Positions 5,635 through 14,500 of a stretch of DNA of 25,248 bases are shown in pieces. The stretch spans positions 1 through 25,248 of the IMG/VR virus record IMGVR_UViG_3300017778_003833. One strand, given 5' to 3'. A program made the translations under genes and the position numbers. Position 1 is the stretch's first letter; each line of letters starts with the position of its first letter. Below the pieces are notes generated by a model. The model ran no database searches. It was not told where the DNA came from and saw only the letters and a list, made by a program, of their open reading frames with translations. The stretch is from a virus. Taxonomy: Duplodnaviria > Caudoviricetes.

Positions 5635-7686
5635 TTAGCTCTTGTATGCACGCCACTGATTAGTCAAAGCAAAGATACTTTCTTCAACTTTCTTTTCTTC
5701 GTCCTTGTCTTTGACAGCTTTTTTCATTGGCTCTTCTTTGTCGCCATCTTTGTCCATATCAAGAAAGTCAGGTTTGGCAGCTTCTTTAAGACCAGCTATT
5801 TCACGGATACGAGTTAGTTCTTCGCTCTCTGGAGTGTGCTGACGACGTGCATCTCTGCCGATAACTGGTGCAGTGGTTTGCCCTGTTTCTTTGGGCTTGT
5901 TTAATCCACCTGCATATTGTAGCGCATCATTGTTGTACTCTTTGTTAGTGGGCCAGTCTGGTGCGTTTTCATCTACATGATCACATCCGCATGGTGATTG
6001 CCCACAGCTATCGCAACTGCCTCCTGCGTCGCCTGAACCAATGCCAGCCATCTTCAACAATGATGCCAGTTTCATTGCATCTTCGTCACTGGCTGTGACA
6101 GTGATAGTTTGACCGCCTTCAGTTGACGTACTCATGTTGATGCTCATGCTTTCAGCAATGATAGATTCAACTTTGCGGTCAATACTATCATAGATACCTT
6201 TGCCAAATGACATACCACCTTTGCTGTTACCTGAGCTGGATGCTGCAGCAACTGAACCTGATGTAGTGGTTTCTTCCACTGATTCTTCTTTTTTCTTCTT
6301 GGCTTTTTCTGGCAGGCCTTTGTGCTTGGTTTTAGCAAAATCTTCAACATCACCTTTTTTCATGGTCTTGGCAACTTTCTTTAGCTCTTTGCCAGCACCT
6401 GAAATCTTTTCACCTTTTTGCATAGCACGTGCCATGCCCATAAAACGCTGTTGTTTTTTACTCACAGCTTTTTCTGCCACTGGTTCTTGATCATCACTGT
6501 CGTGCTTTTCTTGATCCATGTAGTCACGTGAAGCGTTGATATAATCAACTGCCTTGGTAATCTTGCTTTGCACCCACTCAGGCAGATTGTCGTTGTCTTG
6601 CAGCATTGATGACAATGACTCAGCAGCCTGCACCAATGTATGCAATTGATCTTTGGCCATGTCGCCTTCTTGATCGTATTCACCTTGGTCAGCCATGTCA
6701 ACGTTGTTTTCTTTGACTTTGTCTTTTTTAAATCCAGCTTGACCATGTGCAGTACGATCTGTTTTACGGCTCTTGGCAGTCACACGTTCTTGACGCGGAG
6801 CATCGTCAGAGTATTTTTTAGGACGTCCGGCGCTGCGCTTTTCACCTGAGGATGATTTATCATCATCGGCCTCAACGTCATGTTCATAGTCACGTGTGTG
6901 ACGCAGGCCTGCGGCAGTTTTAGTAACCGTGCCTTTGGTTGTTTTACCTTCTTTGTCACGCAGACGCTTTTCAGCATCAGCGACTGTAGGGAAGTCTTCG
7001 TCAGTTGTTTGTTTGCGCTTGATGCCCAGGGCCTTGTCTGAAGGACCTTTCATACGGTCAACGGCATGACCTTTGTCTGGTGCTGATCCACCGTACACGT
7101 CTGCGCCTGCACTGTGTTTGGTAACGCCTTTGGCACCGGATACTTTGCCACCTTTGTGAGTGCTGATTGCTTTTTTAATTGCATCAGCAGCTACATCGCC
7201 CAGCATTTCATCAACTTCTTGTTTGGCACCAGCAATCTTGTCGGCAAAAGTAATTTTATCTTTGGGTGGTGCCAACGCTGCAAATTTTTGTGATCTAGCA
7301 GGCGACATTTTTTCTTTAAGTGGTAGTTCTTTACCACCCACACGGATCTTTTCACCTTTTTGCACGCCGTCTCGTTTGGCATCAACAACGGCTTTGCTAA
7401 ATGCATTGCCTTCGTCGGTCATCATGCCTTCGTCATACTTGTCGTACTTGTTGCGAATGTTCTTCATGGTTTTGTCGCTGGCATGATCACGGCCGGCTTT
7501 TTGCAAGGCTTTCATACCTTCATCGCCATATTTCTTTTTACCAATTGCTGCTTGAAATGCACTTTCATCAAGACGAGTTTTTTCTGCGGCCCGGGCAGCA
7601 GCTTCATCAATTTTTGAAGGCATTGCTTGAACACGATTCAGGCGTTCAAAAATTTCATACATGTTGGCGTTGTCGTTATCATTCAT
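5635..7686 (-). CDS. Highly charged modular protein (~683 aa), putative processed head core/internal protein with a DUF3008-like module
   Basis: Long K/D/E-rich ORF. The segment KAVSKKQQRFMGM...DFAKTKHKGLPEK resembles DUF3008, and there is a DxDxDG motif near the C-terminus. First ATG is at 7686; the exact start is uncertain. Confidence 0.85.
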   Translation of the reverse strand: MNDNDNANMYEIFERLNRVQAMPSKIDEAAARAAEKTRLDESAFQAAIGKKKYGDEGMKALQKAGRDHASDKTMKNIRNKYDKYDEGMMTDEGNAFSKAVVDAKRDGVQKGEKIRVGGKELPLKEKMSPARSQKFAALAPPKDKITFADKIAGAKQEVDEMLGDVAADAIKKAISTHKGGKVSGAKGVTKHSAGADVYGGSAPDKGHAVDRMKGPSDKALGIKRKQTTDEDFPTVADAEKRLRDKEGKTTKGTVTKTAAGLRHTRDYEHDVEADDDKSSSGEKRSAGRPKKYSDDAPRQERVTAKSRKTDRTAHGQAGFKKDKVKENNVDMADQGEYDQEGDMAKDQLHTLVQAAESLSSMLQDNDNLPEWVQSKITKAVDYINASRDYMDQEKHDSDDQEPVAEKAVSKKQQRFMGMARAMQKGEKISGAGKELKKVAKTMKKGDVEDFAKTKHKGLPEKAKKKKEESVEETTTSGSVAAASSSGNSKGGMSFGKGIYDSIDRKVESIIAESMSINMSTSTEGGQTITVTASDEDAMKLASLLKMAGIGSGDAGGSCDSCGQSPCGCDHVDENAPDWPTNKEYNNDALQYAGGLNKPKETGQTTAPVIGRDARRQHTPESEELTRIREIAGLKEAAKPDFLDMDKDGDKEEPMKKAVKDKDEEKKVEESIFALTNQWRAYKS

Positions 7687-7690
7687 AATA

Positions 7691-8290
7691 TTATCTCGCA
7701 AAGGATTTTACAGTAGGCAATTTGTTTTTGCCACCAATTGGGCTGTCATCGCCCATGGGTAATTGATCAGAATATTTGGCTGGATCAGTCTTGCCACCAG
7801 CCACACTGAAGTCACTACGATAAGTGTTTTTCAACACATCGTGTTGATAAGGGTTACTGGAGTAATCCTTGCTCAAGGCTTTTTGTTCTTTGTCAGGTGC
7901 AGGGAAATCAGTGTCAGCCAAAAGATTTTTATTTTCAGCGTCAATGTCTTCGTACTCTTTGCCCATGCTGTCTGTATACTTTTGAGTATGCATGACAACG
8001 CGATTTGGATCCATCAACAGCAATTGTGCCAGTTGTTTGATCTGTGGCTCAATAGCTGGGTAGCGAAAGCTCACATCAACAAAATTCACACGCTCATTTT
8101 TAAAATTAGGAAAGTCAGTGGGCAATGGCAAGACTGGTGTAGTCTTGGCGTCACTCATTTTTTCTACATCAAATTGAGCTAGTTTGTCTCGGAGTTCTCT
8201 AAAGAACCCTGGTGGTACATCGCCACAAACTTTGATACGATAGTCGTATGTTCGTGTGCTTTCAGCCAGATATTCGCGTAGTTGTTTCAT
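7691..8290 (-). CDS. Hypothetical protein (199 aa), putative head protein
   Basis: N-terminus MKQLREYLAE. SD AGGA and a TAAATA box upstream. Confidence 0.85.
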   Translation of the reverse strand: MKQLREYLAESTRTYDYRIKVCGDVPPGFFRELRDKLAQFDVEKMSDAKTTPVLPLPTDFPNFKNERVNFVDVSFRYPAIEPQIKQLAQLLLMDPNRVVMHTQKYTDSMGKEYEDIDAENKNLLADTDFPAPDKEQKALSKDYSSNPYQHDVLKNTYRSDFSVAGGKTDPAKYSDQLPMGDDSPIGGKNKLPTVKSFAR

Positions 8291-8307
8291 GTTAGTGTCC
8301 TATATGA

Positions 8308-8313
8308 TATTTA
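8308..8313 (-). promoter_or_regulatory. Late-promoter box TAAATA fused with the upstream stop codon
   Basis: gaaTAAATAtcatatAGGAcactaacATG. Confidence 0.75.
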
Positions 8314-8796
8314 TTCTTTTTGTGTGTTTTGATTCTTGCCCAACACACGCTGCAGCAAATCATTACGGTTTAAGACCTGGCCAGTGGCCGTAGGCAGCGG
8401 TACCGTACCTGCGCCATCTCTGTCCATTTTTAATTTTTTGAGTTGTAAATCTATAATTTTGAGCTTCTTCATGACCTTGGCATTTTTTGCTGTGATAGCA
8501 TGCCCCAACATTTGACTGGCCACTGAAAAAATTTCTGATGCAAATCTTGAATCTACTTGCATACCCAGATCCATGAGATCTTTGTAACTGTCTGTGGCTT
8601 TTTGAGCAAGATCATCCATTTCAATATCACTGGCTTCAAGTCCACGCACAGCCGGCAAGGCCGCTTCAATCTTGTCAATTTGATCCAGTGTTTCAGGCAC
8701 AATGGCCATGTTATGTGATGGAGGAGTTAAAGGGTCATCTGGCTCGGGTGATCCGGAGGGTGGTAAATCAAAAAGGTCTTCAAGTTTGCGGGTCAT
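8311..8796 (-). CDS. Probable terminase small subunit (T4 gp16-like), 161 aa
   Basis: Size, the MTRKLEDLFDL start, two long helices around 'DSRFASEIFSVASQML' (compare gp16 'SPRHMEVFATLM', from memory) and a short C-terminal helix (RNDLLQRVL). Lies in the packaging region. Confidence 0.6.
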   Translation of the reverse strand: MTRKLEDLFDLPPSGSPEPDDPLTPPSHNMAIVPETLDQIDKIEAALPAVRGLEASDIEMDDLAQKATDSYKDLMDLGMQVDSRFASEIFSVASQMLGHAITAKNAKVMKKLKIIDLQLKKLKMDRDGAGTVPLPTATGQVLNRNDLLQRVLGKNQNTQKE

Positions 8797-8800
8797 GCCA

Positions 8801-8806
8801 TATTTA
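8801..8806 (-). promoter_or_regulatory. Late-promoter box TAAATA
   Basis: ggTAAATAtggcATG, 4 nt before the start codon. Confidence 0.7.
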
Positions 8807-8827
8807 CCGCACATTGACGGGGGTGGG

Positions 8828-9259
8828 TTATTTGGAACCGTTCTTAAACATTTGATCTTCGGTGATCACACGAAATACCAAGCCTTGATGTTTGCACCAT
8901 TTTGTCGCCGCATCCCATTTAGCATAGTTCACAACCACTGCCGCACGATCATGCTGACTTTGTTTGCTCTCAACCACACTTTGCTTTTTGGGTTTGATTT
9001 CAATGACTTCAGCGCAGACCTTGTTGTTCTTGGTGCGGTAAGTGATAAAGAAGTCAGGCACGTAGATAGTGTTCTTGCCAGTCAAAGGATTGCGATAGGG
9101 AATGTGTATGCTTTCACTGGCCCACTGCAGTATTGCATCATTGTTGTCACAGAACTGCATAAAAGCAAACTCCCAGCCTGAACGATAACGAGGAGTTGAC
9201 TTACCAACATACTTGGCAGTATTCTTGGGTTGAAAATTTCCTTGTGCCCAGCGACTCAT
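8828..9259 (-). CDS. gp4: Head completion nuclease (T4 gp4-like, TnsA-type PD-(D/E)xK fold)
   Basis: Motifs PKNTAKYVG, YRSGWE, WASE, IPYRNP, YVPDF, IEIKP, NYAKW and FRVITE. Confidence 0.92.
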   Translation of the reverse strand: MSRWAQGNFQPKNTAKYVGKSTPRYRSGWEFAFMQFCDNNDAILQWASESIHIPYRNPLTGKNTIYVPDFFITYRTKNNKVCAEVIEIKPKKQSVVESKQSQHDRAAVVVNYAKWDAATKWCKHQGLVFRVITEDQMFKNGSK

Positions 9260-9615
9260 GGCAATACGTTACGAGCTGCGTAATAGTTGGGCAGTATCAC
9301 GCTCTGTACGCCATACAATGTGGAGGAACTGCGAAGACCATTTAGATAATAAGCCAGCACTGCAGTGAGTTCTGGTTGGTCATAGCGTTGAATCTCTTGC
9401 AGCAAATTTAGCACACTGTCGCCACTTTCTTGTGCCACACGGAACAACGTCACTGTGAAGTTACCAGCAGCTTCGCTGCCATCAAATTGAGATTTCATAT
9501 AACTGTACACTGCATCATATTCGGCCACAGGAACAACTTGATCAAACACATAAAATTCATCAAATATTCTTACTGTTTGATCTATGTTGTAATTGGGTAG
9601 ATTAACCGAGGACAT
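9256..9615 (-). CDS. Hypothetical protein (119 aa)
   Basis: ORF overlaps both neighbours in operon fashion (ATGA at its 3' end). Confidence 0.8.
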   Translation of the reverse strand: MSSVNLPNYNIDQTVRIFDEFYVFDQVVPVAEYDAVYSYMKSQFDGSEAAGNFTVTLFRVAQESGDSVLNLLQEIQRYDQPELTAVLAYYLNGLRSSSTLYGVQSVILPNYYAARNVLP

Positions 9616-10795
9616 TAGGTGGGCCTTTTGGAGGAGTTGGGAAGAATGTGCTGTTACCTTTGTTTATCACTGCTCGAGTGGCACCGGGTAATTCTTGTTT
9701 AAGTATATCTTTGGACGCTGCCCTGGCTTCTTCGTTGACAATAGCTCGGAGGTTTTTGCCTTTGAATGTTCCGTATGCTCCTGCGGCTTTTTGTACTCCG
9801 CCTAAAATGCCAGCTAAATCACCACGCTGTAAATCATTAATAATACCAATACCAGTGTCCAACAATCCGCCCTGTCCCAGCACCGACGCAGTTGATCCTG
9901 GACGAGCAATTGGACTACGCACTGTGTCATAGCGTGATGGGTCTGCAAAATTCTTGACATTGGTGTCACTGTCCACTCGCTGCCCGAATGGGTTGGATGC
10001 GCCAGATCCAATTGCACCACTGTAATATTTCACAGTTTCGTACTTGATGGTCATCTTGTGTTCCATGGTTCCGTTGCTCTGTGCATAATCAAATTGGTCA
10101 TGCTGCCATCCGGTGATAATTGGATTGATTAGAACATAACTTACAAACTTGTGTTGGTTCAATCCATAGATACGAATATCACGAAAGAACGGAGGCTTGC
10201 CAGAAGTGTCAGTACCATTGGCAGCAGCATAACCCGAAGTGTCATTGAAGCTTTCTCCAATATATCCCCAGTCATTGCCATTGCGGTTTTGCGCATAGAT
10301 ATCACGATTGTTGTAACTAAACCCGGCCTGCATGTTCACTGCATTGCCGTTGGTGCCTTGTGTAGATCCACCACCAGAGTAGCTTTGGCTAGGATCTTTG
10401 TAATGGTAACTGAAGTAATTGTACCACATGTTACGAATTAAATCACTACCGTCGTCGTGAAAATTAATCTGTACTGGTTGATAGTTTATTTTTGTTTGTA
10501 CAAGACGCTTGCGATTGTATTGATTTAACTCTTTGACATCTATCTCATAGCTAGGCAGTTGCACATTCTTGACAACCAATCCCATGTTTGAAACATCAGT
10601 GTTGGAAAATGAACCAGTGGATCCGCCCATCTGTGGAATGTTTGTGGTGTTGATTGTAAAACTGACGTGGAAAAGATATTTGAACCTTGGGGATAATTCA
10701 TATCCATTGGTTCTAAAAGTCTTGCTTGCATGTTGGAAATCCCGCAAGGAATCAATACCAGCGAATCCTTGCAGGAAGTCTTGACCAAATGACAT
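9602..10795 (-). CDS. Tail-tube-fold protein, probable baseplate-tube initiator/junction (gp54/gp48-like)
   Basis: PRFKYLFHVSF, VKNVQLPS, YQPVQINFHDD and MTIKYE parallel the adjacent tube protein's motifs. Lies directly downstream of the tube gene. Confidence 0.7.
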   Translation of the reverse strand: MSFGQDFLQGFAGIDSLRDFQHASKTFRTNGYELSPRFKYLFHVSFTINTTNIPQMGGSTGSFSNTDVSNMGLVVKNVQLPSYEIDVKELNQYNRKRLVQTKINYQPVQINFHDDGSDLIRNMWYNYFSYHYKDPSQSYSGGGSTQGTNGNAVNMQAGFSYNNRDIYAQNRNGNDWGYIGESFNDTSGYAAANGTDTSGKPPFFRDIRIYGLNQHKFVSYVLINPIITGWQHDQFDYAQSNGTMEHKMTIKYETVKYYSGAIGSGASNPFGQRVDSDTNVKNFADPSRYDTVRSPIARPGSTASVLGQGGLLDTGIGIINDLQRGDLAGILGGVQKAAGAYGTFKGKNLRAIVNEEARAASKDILKQELPGATRAVINKGNSTFFPTPPKGPPNVLG

Positions 10796-10801
10796 TTATA
10801 G

Positions 10802-11443
10802 TTAGGCTGCCGGAGCGCCTGTTAATGCACCTGTGATTACGTCGCCTGCGATACGACCAATAGTTGCGCCAACGCCAGAACCAATTGGGGTTTGCAGTGC
10901 GTTATCAAATGACAGAGTCATTGTGATTGTAACTGCTTCACTGGTACCATAGTTCAAATCGTTATAGTTTACGCTTTTTAAGTAGCAACCATACAATTCC
11001 CAGGTTTCAAGAACCACTGGAGTAGAATTGCCGTTACCACCATCAAGGACTTCGCAACGTGTTGTAAATTTATAATCAATACCAGCTGCAGCTGAAGCCT
11101 GTTCCATGAAGTCCATTTGCTTCTGCAATTGTTCTCCCACACGCTTTTGTACATTGCCGCCGGCATCATCGCGCATTTCAACACTGAGGTCGCCCCAGCT
11201 ATGCTTGCCAGCAAGTTTTAACGTACTGTTGTAGATGGGTACCATGATTTCCTCAAACGACACTTCTGGACGAGCGAAACTAATCACTTGTTTGGTAAGT
11301 TCAGTTCTTGGAGTTGAAATACCTAATCCTTCAAATACCACTCTAAAGCGGTACTTGAGTTTTGGCATCAACAGGCCCTGGGTCGACGAGCTTTGATCGC
11401 TGGCCAGTGGCACTGTCATTCTTGTTAGTGATGAAACGGCCAT
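10802..11443 (-). CDS. gp19: Tail tube protein (T4 gp19-like)
   Basis: PKLKYRFRV, KLAGKHSW, WELYGCY and LNYGTSEAVTITMTLSFD. Follows the sheath gene. SD AGGAGA. Confidence 0.9.
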   Translation of the reverse strand: MAVSSLTRMTVPLASDQSSSTQGLLMPKLKYRFRVVFEGLGISTPRTELTKQVISFARPEVSFEEIMVPIYNSTLKLAGKHSWGDLSVEMRDDAGGNVQKRVGEQLQKQMDFMEQASAAAGIDYKFTTRCEVLDGGNGNSTPVVLETWELYGCYLKSVNYNDLNYGTSEAVTITMTLSFDNALQTPIGSGVGATIGRIAGDVITGALTGAPAA

Positions 11444-11463
11444 ATGTTATCTCCTATATACAG

Positions 11464-11469
11464 TATTTA
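11464..11469 (-). promoter_or_regulatory. Late-promoter box TAAATA for the tail tube gene
   Basis: caTAAATActgtatatAGGAGAtaacatATG. Confidence 0.8.
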
Positions 11470-11515
11470 TGGCACTTGGAACCATGCGATTCTGAGTCAT
11501 TATGAATCCAATCAT

Positions 11516-14500
11516 TTAAGCTGCTGCCTGCGCCGAAGCTACTGAACCAGCTGAGATTTCACCAGTATTCTTGATTCTCAATGGAATGTAGATGAATTCA
11601 ACTGCTTTAACTGGTTCAATTGCAATGTCAACATACAACTCATTTCTGTCAATGGTTGCAGGTGTGTTATTTGACAAATCGCAAACAACCAAGTAATCAT
11701 AGATACCACGTTTGGCAATCAAATCAATCATCAGGCTTTCGACCGAATTTGCAATCTCATCACGAGTGATCTGATCATTTGGCTCAAACAAGAACTGTTT
11801 ACCAATCTGCTCAAGTCTGCTGCGCATGAATGCAATCAACCGTGCAACGTTGATACGATTCAATGCTGAGCTAATTGTTGTGAATGTTTTGTTACCAAAG
11901 TTAGTAATACCAACACCCGGCACAACTGTGATTGGATTAATATTATCGTTGTACAGCTCGTCACGTAGACCCTGACGTACACCAATCTGTTCAAATTCGC
12001 CAGTTGCTGCATCAATATAACCAATACGATCGGCGTTGTCAACCAATCCACGACGTATACCAGCTGGTGCCAACCATGGGAATGCCACTTCGTCATTGCG
12101 AATAAATGTACGCAACATCATGTGTGTGGCAGGCTGAACAATTGCTGATCCGCTCAAGTCTGTGGTCTGACAGCTTGGATAGAATGTTGCCATGTACTGA
12201 TTGCCAATTGACAATCCATCGCCGGCCGGTATTCCTTCGCCATTGTTGTCGGTGCTCCAAGTGAGAATGTTGGTTCCTTCGGGACTCAGTCTCAGCGGTG
12301 TATCAACTAATACAAAGCCAGTATTATTGCGTTCGTTGTTGAGTGCCACCATGTTTGTTGCCAACTCAGGATACTGTGGGCAAGCAATTAACTGGAAGTC
12401 TATTTGTTCTTCACGAGCTTGTGTGCTTGTGTCAATACTACTCTTCAACGCAGCAACAATCAAGGCTCTCTGTGCCAGACGACCCATGTATGCCGATCCA
12501 TCATTTCTGTTACCTGATGTAGTGACCCAAGCATTGGTCACATCGGGTAGTGTGTCGTCCGGATAGGTAGTGGCATTAAAATAGTTCACTGCAAATCGCT
12601 TGACATTGAATCCTGAGCGACGTGTGTTGAACAACAAAATACCAGTCGGATACAGTGTTGGATCTGGTGCATCTAAATCTAAATAGTTCGAAGTCAACAA
12701 ACTTGTAATGGTGGGAATTGTGCCAGTGATTGGATCAGTACTACCGTTGGGTGCCCACCGTGCATCAGCAAACAACACACCGTTTTCAGTGGTTTGATCA
12801 GCATTGTTGACTTTGACCCACTGATCTTGCCCGTCTACTATTTCCCAACGATACAGCAATGGATAATTTTCTAAGTCTGATGTGTCAATCCATAGATCTC
12901 CATATACTAGCGGTGATTGCGCTGTGTCATTCTGTGTAGTAGGCGCTGTTGTAGAAAACTGTGGACCCTTGGCATTGGTCAAAGTTAAATTGTAACCACG
13001 CACGTCATTGTTGACGTTTTGATACCCTTGCCATCCACTGTTACCATTGATCATGATGTCAGCTTCGCTGGTAGTTGAATAATACCATAGACGATCATTG
13101 GCTGGGTCTTGATCTGGTGCTGAAACACTTGCAGTGTAGTCTAGTTGTACCCAATTGCTTAAAATGTATCCGCCCTGGGGTTCTTCTCTAGCATTCACTG
13201 CTTGGTCAAGACCAGCTGTTGTAATAGGACTACCAGTTTGATCTTCAACTACAATTACACCACCGGCGCTGTGGGTCATCACGATTTGACCGGTTGCGTT
13301 AAGTGAAGCACCAACATAAGGAACGTTTGCTCCACTCACGGCAGAGATAAAATCAGCCGGAGCAGTTCCTGCTAGAGTCACGGTCACGGATGTGGTCAAT
13401 GCAGTGCTGTTTGGTGCACTGGCCTGAAGATTAAATGTAGTGTTGTTGATAAACACCGGATCAATTGTTTCACCAGTGGCATTCATTGCTCCACTTTCCA
13501 TTCTTTCTAACAGTTGAAATGTAAAGGTGTTGTCACCGTTTACATCGTACTGAGCATAGGTAGTGCCAACTGGAATATTTTTACCGCCGCCGGTGGGGTC
13601 AAGCGTTTTGTTAGCAGTTTCGTCATTGGTATAAAGTGGGCAACTTTGAGTTACAAACACACCTAGTGTGCCGCTGAACTTTTGAACTACAAGACTGGCA
13701 CCTTGGTTTACCGAAGTTATTTTATTCCAGATTGAACCAGTTGGCTTTGGCTCATCATCGCTTGTGCGCCAGCGCGGTACTTGATAATTTGGACTCTGCA
13801 AGAAACCTGGAGCATAGTATGATCCTTCAGTGATGCCTAATTGTGTTAAGGCAATACCGGTTACATTGAGAATAGTGACAATACCGCCATTGGCAGTAGA
13901 ACCATCACTGGTGGCAGTGCTGTCAGCATAGATAGTCAACCGTCCATCTTCATTGACTGCGGTTACTCCAATAATGTTGGCACTGTTGATATTAGATACT
14001 ACCACGCTGACTGTGTTGTTTGGTGATGCAGCCACTGTGATTGGAGTATTATTGACTGTAAACACACCGCCGGCTGTCAATGTAGTTGGTGCCACGGAGC
14101 CTTGGGCTGTTGCCCAGCTCAACTTCCATGCATCGCTGCCAATCAATACCCATTCATTTGATGAGTTTTTATAGTAAACTGGATTGTTTGCATTCAGTGC
14201 GTTGATTGCATAGTCGCCAATGGTACCCACACTTTGCAGTGGCAGAGTACTTGGAGATGTTTCAATTTGAGTAATGCTGGTCAGTACCAATGGTACTTGA
14301 TTGGTAAAAACACCTGTGGTTTCATTCCACTCGAAAATACCATACAAAGAATCGTCAGTGTCAAACCAGTACGTACCAGCATCTGGTGACCCAGTTGGAC
14401 GTACCAAAGTGGCAGTGAGTTCGGCCAAATCAATATCCACACGCTGAACGTATGCACGATTTGAAATTCCCAGGCATGAATAAGCTGCCATCAATCCATA

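Noticed and set aside
1782-8814. Longer start sites in the ORF track (1862, 3384, 3589, 5651, 7701, 8814)
   Set aside because: They lie inside upstream genes or upstream of the TAAATA box. The downstream ATGs fit promoter spacing or translational coupling better.
10793-10801. TATAAAT before the 397-aa gene as a late promoter
   Set aside because: It reads TATAAATG, overlapping the start codon itself, and does not match the TAAATA box. The gene is more simply co-transcribed with the tube gene.
11470-11515. Terminator between the sheath and tube genes
   Set aside because: Only a weak GATTC/GAATC pairing with a long loop and no U-tract.
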